The position numbers and the translations under genes are program-made. A DNA stretch of 63,612 bases, counting the filler, from Phoronis australis (lineage: Eukaryota > Animalia > Phoronida): assembly GCA_002633005.1 (NCBI GenBank). It is 7 parts of 7 records of this genome, joined end to end, with 100 filler letters (N's around TTAATTAATTAA, not from the genome) between each part and the next. Parts side by side here need not be neighbours in the genome. Positions count along the whole stretch, not along the records: positions 1 to 18,612 come from NMRA01001460.1; 6 more parts are not named here. One strand, 5' to 3'. The notes under the pieces were generated by a model. The model was not told the origin of the DNA and did not search any database. It saw only the letters and a list, made by a program, of their open reading frames with translations. The first letter of the stretch is position 1; each line of letters starts with the position of its first letter. Below, in pieces: positions 1 to 12,839 of this stretch.

Positions 1-220
1 CTCTGTCTCGGGTACGGTACGAGTTTCGCCACTCATTGAAACTGACCTCGTAGCCACAGAATAATCAGCAATAGTCTTCTTCTGTTTGGAGCGACCCATC
101 ATTCAAAAAACGTGCAAGCAGAAATACAACTACGGTATGAGAAATTTGAATTTCGCGGGGCGTCTCAGCAGAGCTCCTCAAAACACGTCTTCTCGCTCCG
201 CCATTTTAACCGGAAGCCTC
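1..220 (-). mobile_element. 5' end of an L1-clade LINE (5' UTR plus start of ORF1), running off the window
   Basis: Minus strand begins GAGGCTTCCGGTTAAAATGGCGGAGCGAGAAGACGTG...GAGCTC (YY1-like AAAATGGCG, typical of L1 5' ends). ATG at 102/99 opens (M)MGRSKQKKTIADYSVATRSVSMSGETRTVPETE, open to base 1. Confidence 0.55.
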
Positions 221-3200
221 GTTATTTTGGTCTCGAAAAGAGCTTTCTAATGATGTATATCATATACAAATTTTCTAAAATTTTTGAAAAATGCTGTTCT
301 CCATTACGCGAAGCTATTTGGTGACGTATGATGTCCTCGCTACAAGTATCCTTAAAGTAGCACCGGTTAGTCGTGAGCCATGCCTACCTATGAACACGTG
401 GATGGTAAAATTATGATTCTAGGTTAAACATTAAAGAAGCTACGACAGGGCTCGACGCTATTAAAATGGCCAGATCGCATTTTGCGACCTAGCCAAAATC
501 CCAGGTCGCTTTTTCGAAGCCCAGCTTGCATCCATGAATGCCAGGTCTCAAAATTTCTCGCCATTTTACGCCCCAAAATTGTTTTTAAGGTCATCGAAAA
601 CATGAAGATTATACTTTTACCTCCAACGTTAAATGCTCACAAATTTCAGATCGCAAAACTGAGTTCGTTCATGCAGGTGCGGCGTTACTGTTTTTCATGG
701 CCGCCATTGAAAGGCTCTACAACGCAAGTCAAGTTGCCAACGTGAAAGTTGAATCAGTGCTCTCTAACTGACACGTGCATTCGAGTAGCTAAGTTTGTGA
801 TGTAAAAAGGAAGAAAATGACCGCGATTTTGCTAGGTCTGACCTGCAACTGCCTGCCATCAAAGTCGTTAAAGATATAAACTAACTCGGAGTGCAAATTC
901 CCTTCATTTTTTGTTCGCAGCTAAAATTTTGCACTTAATTTGACGCTTGAAAAACATCTGCCGAAAAAACCCCGTGAAACGATGCCCTAACCGAATGATG
1001 TATTTGAATGTGCGGGAACAATTCAGTGCGAATTTCACAATAAAAATGTGGTACTTATGCTGATTACATACTCAACAATTAGTTTTCCATGAATTGGATA
1101 GCCTCGAAAGTCGAAATAATTCCGGATTCCGTGCAGGTTTCCATCGGGTAATTCAAGTCTGCTCCTCAATACCTTCCAAGTACGAGAAAAATAGGTCAGT
1201 CACAAAACGACACGCATGTCACTAGTGTTAACTTTCTTTCAGAGGTATAAAACAAAGCTGGGATTTGGTTTTTACATATTGAGAAAAGACGTTCTTGAAA
1301 ACTGAATTTGTTGTGTAAAATGAGAGTGACACACTGTATAGGCTGCGTGTTGATATTACGCGCGGTCGTTTGTAATACGCTACGATGGGCGCTAGCCTGA
1401 ATTGTGGGCGCTTAATTGGAAATTCTCAAAAGTTGAGGAGGAACGCTAAGAGATTAGTGAGCGCTTATTATGAAACACTTCAAAGGTAGGTAGTTGGCAT
1501 GTGCGTGAGCACATTAGTTAGTGAGTGCTTGCGATAATAAGATATTAAAAGATTACAATGGTAAGAAACGTTATCATAATACGATTTTGAGAGGCAGGCT
1601 CCATCTAATACGGGTGACTTTCTGGATATCGTTACCACCTACACTGTACACTTTTTAGCCATCCGGAATAATTTTGTAATTGCCCGCTTCAACCAGAACA
1701 AGATTGTTTCTATTGAAGTCTGAACATTTTATGGCGACGGTGGTCCGGGGAGCAAAAAGTCTCCCGGGGGGAGGTGTATGAAGAGATGAATAAAAAGTTC
1801 GCCAACCCCAATTTCACATCTAGTACCTGTTTAGTTGCAATGGCTGGCTATGTGCATAGAATATACGGCTTAGGGAACATCGACCTGGGGAAACATCGGA
1901 ACAAGAAAATTTAGTTCTGGGTTATATCAGTCCCCAGGAATATCATAAAGCATCGGGTCTTTTGTAATCGCCGGGAATCAATTAGTTCATTTTCAAATAA
2001 ACCACTAGCACCCGGGTGCTTAACATATACATACGTATACCGGTATACTCTTTCATTTAGGGATGTCGCTGTTCTCTTTGGATGTGCAGCTTTGAAGTGG
2101 TGCGCACGCGTGAGTGCTCTTGAATCGCTAAAGTAGGCCTACACTTTACATTGGCAACAACGAGTGAAAGACAAATCATAGCCCCAAAAACAAGAAAGAG
2201 GTTTGACAATTTCTTGGCAACTTAAAGTAAAGACGTGGCCGTCGTTTGGCAATTGATAGGGTTGTCATTTTCACTTTGGCAGTCTTATGCGATAAAAAAC
2301 GAGACGCACATCTCTAAGACATGATTCTCTGCCTGAACTGCTTGCGCGCTAACAACGGACCGGCAAGTGCCGCAGTGCGCAATATCAAGGATATTGTCGT
2401 GGATGTAATAAGGACATCTTACGCGAAAAATAAGCATATTTGTCCACCACAAACTTTGGTAAGTTGATCGCTTAAGAATTAGTAGAAACACCGCTGTTTT
2501 GTTACGTTTTGTCGCGTGTTATGCAGTGGCTCAAAACTTTCTTCGGAGAATCCGTACATTTGCAAAAGTGGCCGAAAATGTTAGCCAATGAAACGCGTCA
2601 AACATTGCGACTTGCTTACAAGTCATCGGGAGGGCTGGCTGCTCTGGATTAGTGTTCTTTTGAACTTGGATTTGGCATCAACCAAATAACGGTCGGATTT
2701 ACAAGTGTTGCTTTATATATTTCCCGCTATCTGCTGACGTACATATATAAAAACTCAGCTCGCATACGTTGGAAATTTGTGGTCGCATTTTGCCACTTGA
2801 TACGAGCTGACAAAATTCCCAGCTCGCATTTCCAAATTTCAGGTCGAAAATGCAGCTCGTTATGTCGAGCCCTGTACGAGCATGGTGGTTTACATTGGGA
2901 TATACATCCAGGGCGACGTAATTAGCTAACATTGGGACAGCTAAATCCAACTACTAGCGCCGATTGAGTCGAGTTCAATTCGACATCAAATGAAACTGGA
3001 CCGTATCCCTCGGGTCTAAACAACCGAATACTTACATTTAAGAAACGCAAAAACGGAGAAATACAATAGTAGCGACATAATATGCCACTCTGTAACGACT
3101 TCTCTGAAAAACGGTTAATGCTCAGACAGAAAGCGCGGCCATAATCATTTCCTTGTATCCAGTCACACCTTCCGTAAGTACTCGGTTATTTCCGCAAAAA

Positions 3201-3274
3201 AGCATATACCTCGGGTATTTACGTAATTATCCGGAATATCTCGGTTTATTTTCGCATCCAGATCAGCCATTTCA

Positions 3275-3425
3275 GTGCTGTTCAGTAACGCTAGGATCTC
3301 CCTAAAAACAGGACTTCGCGAGATTATGTGAGATATTGCCGTGTATTTTAAATGAAAACGCGTAACTCTGCCCTAGATATTAGGTAGCTTAGGTCATAGC
3401 GTTACCGGGATACTGAACGCACTCC
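3275..3425. mobile_element. Short palindromic MITE (Harbinger-like); second copy at ~18803-18948
   Basis: Inverted ends GTTCAGTAACGCTAGG...TAGCGTTAC..TACTGAACGCAC; the same motifs recur at 18803-18948. Confidence 0.45.
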
Positions 3426-3489
3426 TGAGCCACGGTGGCGTGTGTTCAGTCACTAACAACTGGGAGTGGGTAACACCAAAGATACTACA

Positions 3490-6400
3490 TCTGGTTCATT
3501 CTCCACTAAAGTGCGCAATACAAAAAAAAAAAACGGTGTCACACGTCTAAAAACCAATTAAATTGTCCACCACTCCCGTTTATTTAGTCAAACTCACCTT
3601 TACTATCGGTGGAGCCATGGACAATACAAAATTTTGTTCTAAGGTGGACAGTTTTTGCGTTGTCTGAGCCTTGAAGTCCCATTTTCGGCATTTTTTTGCT
3701 GTTACAGACCATAGTGAATTGTGTACGTTTTGCATATTTTTGATCTTACGTTTGCTGCCAGATTAGTAAGGTTACACATTTTAGTTACGGTAATCGAAGA
3801 AAAATTTTTGGTACAAAGTTCGACCAATTTCTTTTTTAAATTCTGGAGAAGAAAATATAGTTGTCACAAAAATCAGTCATAGATACATTATCACTGCACA
3901 TGACTCATCCCTGGACTTATGTTCACACTTTCAAATAATATTGTCACGCTTTTATATTGTCAAAACATTACGTACATGTATTCAGGAAATAAAATGATTA
4001 ATTTCATAGATATTACTGCAGTGTCTCTGAAGCACGAAATTCAAATTGTTACTCAATTGTTTTCATAGATACGTTATTACGTTTAGTGAGAGGCATCCTG
4101 GGAATGTAAGTGGTTTTAACGCTGTTGGCATTACTGTAACAGTGTATTGAAATGGACGTTTCATTCCTTTCTTCAGAATTGTGTCGTGCGTCGTCAGTTT
4201 TGTTTTTGGTTTCAGTGATACGTTATGTGATAGATACGTTATCTATTAAGTTTATGCGATGTACAACAGGAATGTTCCATTCTGGACGAACAGACATATA
4301 TTGTCTGATTGCACCAAAATCGACTGCCTGAAGATAAAGCCGAGTGATTCAAAACGTGATGAGTTACATATTTGACGAGGTAAATAAAGTTATTGCCAGA
4401 TTTAAAATGGGCAGCGTTTTCCGAAGCGATGTAGCTTTCATAGCTTTAAGAAACAGTGCTATGTTTAGTGAAAATAAACAAAATTGTACAGGTCCAACCG
4501 AAACAGGCTTTCTGTAATAACGTATCTACGTCACGGTAAATAACGTATCTTTGAATTCCCTTCAAACAAGGTAGTGACGATTCAAATCAAGCATGTTTAA
4601 ACTGAATGTATATTTACACGCGAAATAGCTTTAGTAAATTGAGAAGCGGTTCCACATAAAAGTAAAATGAGTAATTTAAGTGTTTTCTGTGATTCAAAAT
4701 AACGTATCTATGAAAAATCCTTAAACTGATGACTGGGTTTTTCTTGCAAGGACGATTCAAATCGAGTTAAAGCTTACAGTGACAATATTTTACAGTTTTG
4801 ACAGACTTGAATGCATTTTTTATTTCATTGAAAACTGAAATCCTGGGGCACTCAGTGTAATAACAAAGGTGGTGGGGACGTGCAGCCCAAATGGGTCGCA
4901 TTTTTCATGTTTTGGTATAAATTTGGTAGCTTTTTTCACCTCATCTCCACACGGTAAACTTTTTTCAGATGAGGTAAAAATATGGGTCTCAATTCTCAGC
5001 TGTTGGTACAAATATGGGTCGCATTTCTGGCTCTTGGCATGAACTTCGCCTCATAATTGGAGCCCGGCCACCTCCCTTGCCCTAAAAAGATGACTGCACC
5101 CCAGGGCTGAAAGCGAACACTTGAATTTTAGTGACTCGAGCTGGGTCTGTCTAGCAGTGCTGCACATAGGCATTTTTCCCTCATACGGAGTGGTATTTTT
5201 ATTGGGACTTTTCTCTTTCAGACATTATGGGTAAAACACAAGCAGAGATTCAAAAAGCATATCGAGAAAGTAAAAAACGCAACTATCCTGATTTCCTGAG
5301 AAAGGAAAGAGAAACACGAAACACAAGTTTGCCGGTTCCGAGAAATCCGACACCCAAAAAATGGACAACTCCAAGGCTAGAATTTACATCAGGAGATACT
5401 ACAGAAAGAAGAAGCAAGTATCTGCCACGCACAACATCGTTTCAAGTCCTAGATCTGAAAACATCATGTCGACATTGGCGCATGGAGCAACCAGGTGTCC
5501 AGTTCAAAAGAAAACGAAGGCTTTGGGACATCAACGAGATCAAATGAAAAGCTTTGCGTGAAGCCGATCTTTCCAGGTAAAAAAAGAGGGCCATTTCGCA
5601 GGTCTAAAGCTCTCAGACATGCGAGAAACAGAATACAGAAAGTGGAACTTGAAGTAGAGAAGTCAAAAATCTACGGAGCAAACTGGAGACAACGGTGTTC
5701 GCGGTTATGCAGGAAAATCACGCCTTGCAATTTTGAAGGTGGCAATACACCTGATAACGACAGAAACCTGGATGATAATTTCACTGGTGCGAATCACCCA
5801 CAACACCAAAGTCCAAAGCAGGACAAGAGCTCAGGCAGGCGGGGCTAAGTCAGAGAGCACTTCCTAGACGGATAATAAAAAGTTGATAGCTGCAAACAGC
5901 ATTGTTGAAGAGCTGAAAGTAACCAAATATACGAACGCTACACAGGACACCAGAAGCATTTTTGTAACAGTGTGTCCAGAAGTTCACGTGAAACGATATT
6001 GATTTCTATTTTGTTCAACATTTCATAGATACGTTATAATAGTTTTGGTTAATTAGTGATGTTTGTATCATACGTTGGAGCAAAATAATCAACTTGAGGT
6101 TTGTTTGGAAAAGTTCTCGGATGGGAGTACTAGAAATATAAATCAGTGTACAAAATATGAGCACAAAAGATGCATATTAGAAAAAATATCTTTAAATAAC
6201 ATAACTTAACTTCAAGTAAGCTTTCCAACACTGTAGTTCGATAAAAAGAGCCTGTAAAACCTTTCCAGGCTGTTTTTAATGTGACCGTAAGTTGTTCATA
6301 GATACGTTATGAAAGGTATGGCTTTGTTGAAGTCATGCCACTGAGAACTCTCTCTCATTTACTTTCTGTGAACTTGGCTTACATGAAATACACGTGGCCT

Positions 6401-6831
6401 CATTCCAAGGTAACATCTATTGTCATGCATTTGATTTTTTTTTCGTAGTCTTGGCATAAAGGTATAAATCAAAAGTACAACCATAAAATGGACGATCTTT
6501 TTTATTGTAAACAAGCAAAGTTTCCTATCATAACCCAGAGTTGTATACTATATAAAAACTTTTGACATCTAGTTTAATTTATGAATGTTTAGATATTTTC
6601 ACGATGAATTAAAATTCCGCCCAATAACGTATCTATGAACAGTTAAAATTGGGTCCCCTTCTTTGTACACTAGCACAACCAAAATCAGCAAAGTTACAAA
6701 TCAGCCCTTTTGTGCTCTTCTGCTACTTACATTAACAATCTTATTTCAACACATTTTTAAGCAATACTGACAACTTTATTTTTTCACATAATTTTTTTCC
6801 AGTTGCACACTTTAGTGGAGATTGAACCATC
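3490..6831 (+). mobile_element. Non-autonomous TIR DNA transposon, probably Sola-type
   Basis: ~27-bp TIRs (TGGTTCATTCTCCACTAAAGTGCGCAA at 3492; TTGCACACTTTAGTGGAGATTGAACCA ending 6829), near-matching 4-bp flanks TACA/TATA, about 10 dispersed CATAGATACGTTAT motifs and an internal transposase-like remnant. Confidence 0.6.
5227..5990 (+). pseudogene. Frameshifted, truncated N-terminus of a putative transposase inside the 3490-6831 element
   Basis: Acceptor TTTCTCTTTCAG just before ATG 5227. Basic MGKTQAEIQKAYRESKKRNYPDFLRKERE start, continuing across several frames (ORFs 5227, 5361, 5495). No catalytic core is visible. Confidence 0.5.
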
Positions 6832-6840
6832 TATAACTAT

Positions 6841-7109
6841 CATATGCGCGCACCCAGCCTAAAATATAGTGGGGCTCGAATTCTTCGACATGCGGACCTT
6901 TTATTGGAGGAAATCAACGAGGACTAAAACGGGGCCCCGTAGGTTTAGGCCCAAGAATTGTGCATACGCGCCGACTTCCCGCGGATTTTGTGGACTTTTG
7001 TCTCGTTTACTCGGACTTTTTGTTTCACTGAGGCGGACATTTTTACCCAATTCGCCAAATTGGGGGATTCATTGGAGCCCCCGAGCCCCCCCCCCCGGGT
7101 GCGCCCATG
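6841..7109. mobile_element. MITE family A (CAT..GCGCGCACCC...GGGTGCGC.CATG ends)
   Basis: Inverted termini; homologous copies in opposite orientation at 8589-8850 and 58710-58861. Confidence 0.65.
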
Positions 7110-8588
7110 TNNNNNNNNNNNNNNNNNNNNNNNNNNNNNNNNNNNNNNNNNNNNNNNNNNNNNNNNNNNNNNNNNNNNNNNNNNNNNNNNNNNNNNNNNN
7201 NNNNNNNNNNNNNNNNNNNNNNNNNNNNNNNNNNNNNNNNNNNNNNNNNNNNNNNNNNNNNNNNNNNNNNNNNNNNNNNNNNNNNNNNNNNNNNNNNNNN
7301 NNNNNNNNNNNNNNNNNNNNNNNNNNNNNNNNNNNNNNNNNNNNNNNNNNNNNNNNNNNNNNNNNNNNNNNNNNNNNNNNNNNNNNNNNNNNNNNNNNNN
7401 NNNNNNNNNNNNNNNNNNNNNNNNNNNNNNNNNNNNNNNNNNNNNNNNNNNNNNNNNNNNNNNNNNNNNNNNNNNNNNNNNNNNNNNNNNNNNNNNNNNN
7501 NNNNNNNNNNNNNNNNNNNNNNNNNNNNNNNNNNNNNNNNNNNNNNNNNNNNNNNNNNNNNNNNNNNNNNNNNNNNNNNNNNNNNNNNNNNNNNNNNNNN
7601 NNNNNNNNNNNNNNNNNNNNNNNNNNNNNNNNNNNNNNNNNNNNNNNNNNNNNNNNNNNNNNNNNNNNNNNNNNNNNNNNNNNNNNNNNNNNNNNNNNNN
7701 NNNNNNNNNNNNNNNNNNNNNNNNNNNNNNNNNNNNNNNNNNNNNNNNNNNNNNNNNNNNNNNNNNNNNNNNNNNNNNNNNNNNNNNNNNNNNNNNNNNN
7801 NNNNNNNNNNNNNNNNNNNNNNNNNNNNNNNNNNNNNNNNNNNNNNNNNNNNNNNNNNNNNNNNNNNNNNNNNNNNNNNNNNNNNNNNNNNNNNNNNNNN
7901 NNNNNNNNNNNNNNNNNNNNNNNNNNNNNNNNNNNNNNNNNNNNNNNNNNNNNNNNNNNNNNNNNNNNNNNNNNNNNNNNNNNNNNNNNNNNNNNNNNNN
8001 NNNNNNNNNNNNNNNNNNNNNNNCGTCCCCCCCCCCCCGTTCTCTGGATGGTACCATATTTGTACCGAACCCCTCCCCCATGCCCGCTATAGGTGGGGGT
8101 AATGCAGGGGAAGCAGCTAGAAGGTTTTGAGTACCCGTCGTGAACCTACAAAGTTTCGCGAAGAGTAAGAATGGGCCCGAGCGCACTGACGGTTAGCTGG
8201 GAGCTGCCTGAAGTAACTATAGTTGGGTTCCAGCAGTGGATTTGTATCTCAGTTTCCTCTCCTCTGGGTCGAAGGTCAAGGTTCGTTTTATTATTGTCCA
8301 GTTTCGGGAAAACTTCATTTTATTATGACCACTCTTTGAAGTTATATTTGGAAAGGTGAGGTCCCGAGGTGCCTGGTATGAGTGTTTTTGTGGACGTTTC
8401 AGAATCCCTTGATAAAATACAGCCTGTAGTCCAGTTTCTGGTTGCTGGGCGAAGGAAATGATACAGAGTGTGTCCCAAAAATGTACACACTTCAACGGCT
8501 GGAGTTCAAATTCAGATTGTACGCAGGCCTACATGGTTACATCTTATTTGTAACGTCGGTGTGCCTGTCATGACGTCAGTGCTCCGTG

Positions 8589-8850
8589 CATGCACGCACC
8601 CGGGGGGAGGGCTCGAGGGGCTCCAAGGAGCCCCGCCCCCATTTGGCAAAGTGGGCAAAAAGGTTCGCCTTAGAGAAACAAAAAGTCTGAGAAAAATGAA
8701 ACAAAAGTCCTCTAAAAAAGCAGGATTCGGCGTATGCACAATTCATAGACCCGAACGAACCCCACTTTTATTCGTTTTTTTTTTCTTTAGTGAAAGTTCC
8801 ACATCCTCAAAAATTCGATCCCCCTGTATTTTAGGCTGGGTGCGCGCATA
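8589..8850. mobile_element. MITE family A copy
   Basis: Reverse-complement homologue of 6841-7109 (TTTTAGGCTGGGTGCGCGCAT end, G-rich GGGGCTC arm). Confidence 0.65.
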
Positions 8851-10799
8851 CCGTGTGTATAGTATGCACGGGAAATGCAAGCAGGTTTGAAGAACAAAAA
8901 TTCATTGAGCAGTACTACTGGAAACCAAAAACATCCAGCAAGTTCAAAGACAACTTTTCTAAGTTGATAACCAATAAGTTTGATTTCATTTATTTAAGTA
9001 CATGAACTTCGTTTTCGATCTACGGTTTGTAAATTTAAACCTAGTAATCTAGTTCTTAAGCCAATAAACAATTTATTGTCATCTGAGAACATTTTAGGAC
9101 ACATTGTTGAGCTTTCCGAAATTCATCAATTTCCGTGAGACATATTTCAGGTAGACAAAAATCGAATTTTCCCGATGTCGGCTTGCAATTAAGTTCATTG
9201 AAACATTGTCATTTCTGACAAGATTAACTTCTAATTGTCAATAAATTATCTCTCAATCAGTCCACTTTCGAAGATAAATAAGCATGTAAATCAGAAACCA
9301 ACGAATTTGTTGATCGAAACGGAATGTTATAAGCAATTTCCGCAGGCATGCTCGCAGATTTTTGACGGGTAACCAGGGGAAATGGGAGATTGGGCATTCA
9401 TAGTAAGGTTTATTTTTCGCTCATTTCCGAGGTACCTACAACAGTTCGAGAATTTAACTTGACCTCATAAAAAGGTTAAAATATTTGTTTACGTGCAATT
9501 TGTTTATTATTGCGAGTATTTGGGTACACTCTTTCGACATGTACACGGTCACCCCAATGGTATCCTCGGCAGCAGTGTCTTTCCAAATGTGGGAATTCTT
9601 ACAAACAACTCATATATGTAGTAACCATCTTCAAAAGAGATGCTATTCTTGTGATACTATAGAATAAAGTAACATTATTCAATAACTAACTAACGGAAAT
9701 AATCCTTTTGTGTAATTATTAAATAGCGGTCTTCACGTTGTTTAAAATTCCTTTTCGATGTCAGTCAATCCTATTGTATTTTTTCACATTTTTGGTTGTT
9801 TGGGTCGAATGTCTTGATACTGCTGTGCTGTGCACGAATGTTTTGTGTTTTCTGATGAATTTGGAACCACAGCTTCCCTCGTGAATACTTGGCAGTGTCG
9901 GATTTACATGTATAGAGGGACAAAGGGACATTTCACGGAACTGCTTCACCGAGAGAGGGTGCCGTCTGAAATGGGACACCTTACTTTTGAAAGGCAAAAA
10001 GTGACAGTTTATTCCACCGTCGCGTGGTCAGAAGACGGTGCAGGAAATGACCTTGTAAATGTTCAACATGAAAGTCGGTTGCACGATTTCACAGAAAACA
10101 GGAAAATAGACGTAATCATGTCCAATATTAAGCCCTCTCTCCGTGAGCGGAACCCTAAGAATTTGTCAATAAAAACATCGAAACTGTGGCCATTTGAATG
10201 TCATCAATGGCCTCCTATATGGGTGGGGCCTCTCAATATGAAAATAGCTATATTTTAAAAAAATCAAGAAATGTGCAGCAATTTATGATATCTGTTAGGT
10301 CATCAATTTTTCTCAAATGATATACAATTCGAAAAAAAAACGACAATTTCCTCCGTTATCCCTTACCAGTGAGGGGCCTCTGGAAAAATATGGTTTTGCA
10401 GTCTACAAACTGACTACTTGAATTTAAAAATCCAGTAAATCAATACGTTCCGCACAAGCTTCGCTATACAAATTTTCTCGATTTTTCGAAATATATGCAT
10501 GAATCATTACGTCCACGTTTCCAAGTGCGTTTAGACGACCTGTGCTGCGAAAGCGGAAACCCCAACAACAATGTCCTGGCCAGGGCCCTCAAAAGGTAAA
10601 CAATGCACAGACACAAAGGTGTTAAATATTCTCTTGAATTTTCTCTCTTATCCGCATTTAGCAGTCTTCCTTTTCTCGACTGTCCCGCCACACGCGTATG
10701 TCGGTTGCCACGATTTAATCCTGAAACCTGGATTTTTTTGGGGAGCGTGCCCCCCGGTCCCCCGCTCCCTACGGCCCTGTATAGGAGTTGGGAAACTGA

Positions 10800-11737
10800 A
10801 GGACTATAAGTATAAAATTCATATAGATGATGCTGATATAGTGGTATGCCCTCCAAGAAGAGTACCAGCTACTGTCAAAAACAGCTTCTGATTGAACTCA
10901 ACCGTATGGAAGAGCTTGGAATTATCAAGAAGCAGCAGGAAGCCACGCCCTGGGTAAACAGCCTAGTGTGTACCCCAAAACCAAACGGCCAGCTAAGGGT
11001 GTGTCTTGATCCTAAACCGTTAAACAGGGTTATGAAAATACCCCACCATTACACTCTTACCTTGGAGGAAGTAATAACGCAGATAAATGGGTGTAGGTAT
11101 TTCTCGGCACTAGATCAGTCATGTGGATACTGGAATATTGAGATGTGTTCCCTTGCTTACATTTAACAGTCCCTTTGGCAGATTCAGGTATCAGCGATTG
11201 CCCTTTGGGCTTAATGGCTCACAAGATGTCTTCCAACGCGCCATTAACGACACCTTTGAAGACTTGGAGAATGTTTACTGCATCGCAGATGATATCTTGA
11301 CCGCAGCAGAGACGAGACGTCACCATGATATTGCCCTGAACCACGTCATTCAGCGCTGCAGAGTGTCAGAATTCCGGTTGAATCCAAAGAAAGCAAAGAT
11401 ACTTCCGGTAGACATTCGTTACTTTGGCCACGTACTTACACCAGAAGGCGTTAAGCCAGATCCTAAAAGGTTTGGATGCTATTGGGAGAATAGCACCCCT
11501 GACAACAAGCTAGAATTGCAGTCTTTACTGGGCTGCTTTACATACCATGGCAAATTTATCCCTAACTTGTCTGCTAAGACTTATGAACTAAGACGACTGT
11601 TGAAAAAAGACAACGATTTCACTTGGACCGATCACTACACACAGATGCTGAAAAGCTTGAAGGAATGTGTCCTTAAGGCGGAGACCCTCCGGTATTTTGA
11701 TCCAGCTAAAGAGATAACAATTCAATGCGATGCCTCA
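10800..11737 (+). mobile_element. Gypsy/Ty3 LTR retrotransposon pol fragment (RT plus start of RNase H), frameshifted
   Basis: Motifs PPRRVP, TPWVNSLV, LRVCLDPKPLN, YFSALDQSCGYW, RLPFGL, IADD, LRYFDP and IQCDAS, split over three frames. Confidence 0.92.
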
Positions 11738-11917
11738 TATGTTATGTTTATAGTTGAATATTAGTGGAATATATTTATTAGTATGTCTTTTATCTTAATT
11801 CTACATCCATTTTCCCATGTTTCTGTTAAATTTAATGTCGTAGAAATAGCCCACTGCAACTGGCTACTGTTAACATGTTTTCGAACGACGTTAAATAACC
11901 ACTCGCTTAAAAAAATA

Positions 11918-12170
11918 ATGCACTTCTCGGGGGTGGCGACGGGCACGAACTATCAGGAATCAACAACAACAGTATGGCACCCTTCTTCAGGGTTTTTTGT
12001 AGGAACCTTCACCAATTCCGCGTATATATCTCTTTCGTAATTCAACCGCAGAAAATGCTTGCCACACACTCAGTTGCTTGCCACACACTCAGTAACGTAA
12101 TTCTCCACTGCTTTGTACATTGCACGGACGGTAACTCTGTGTTCTTCACACGAACGAGCCAAGTACGGCT
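11918..12170 (-). pseudogene. Degenerate THAP fragment of the same Kolobok family as 20153-22141
   Basis: Reverse complement aligns with ~20520-20745 (TGGCTCGTTCGTGTGAAGAAC, AAAGCAGTGGAGAATTAC, GTGTGTGGCAAGCA, GCCACCCCCGAGAAGTGC), with indels. Confidence 0.8.
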
Positions 12171-12839
12171 TCCTAATAACAATGAAACAACAAGGAGTAA
12201 AATCAGAACATCTTTTATCTTAGTAATGAATATTTTTTTAAGTATTTCACGTCTCACATGTGTCATGATTATGAAACTACACTGAACATGTACATTTATG
12301 TTACCTCAATGATTCATTTTCATCTACAGATCAAGACTTCCATCAAGTGTGAATCAGTTCAGGAGTTAACTTTGCTTTTTAAGTTGTTTCAATTTTTATC
12401 ACCATTAACGTTCAAGCTAAAAACGGCTAAACGAGTATCGTATTGTCTCAGAGCTCTATTTGACTCGGACAGCGTCATACGTAATAAGACAACTTAATTG
12501 GCAATATATTTTCATCCCAAAGTACAGTATTAATGTTCTACACATGTACAAATTATTTACCCCGTTGACTCTCATCTATTTGAACTAATACCACATCCGT
12601 AGTACGCCAATCCATTTCACTTGTTAATGTTACTAATCCATCAGTTTTCTATTTGCAAGATTTATCCTAACTCAATGTAATAAAATTAGTGGTGGTGGGA
12701 ATTTTCATGCCTACCCTAGTGTTTATAGCTTTTGTACTTACTTCATTACTTTTTGTCTATTCACACACTTGTATATACTTCTTTTTCTCTTGTTAGATAA
12801 GCATGTTAACTATGAACTGTATGAATTTATCAGTACTTA

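Noticed and set aside
8130-8359. FN3-like peptide GPSALTVSWELPEVTIVGF
   Set aside because: Short resemblance only, with an in-frame stop upstream, no clear splice sites and no rest of the domain. An HMM search would settle it.
9830-10258. 142-aa ORF
   Set aside because: Non-ATG start, no recognisable motif and no splice support.
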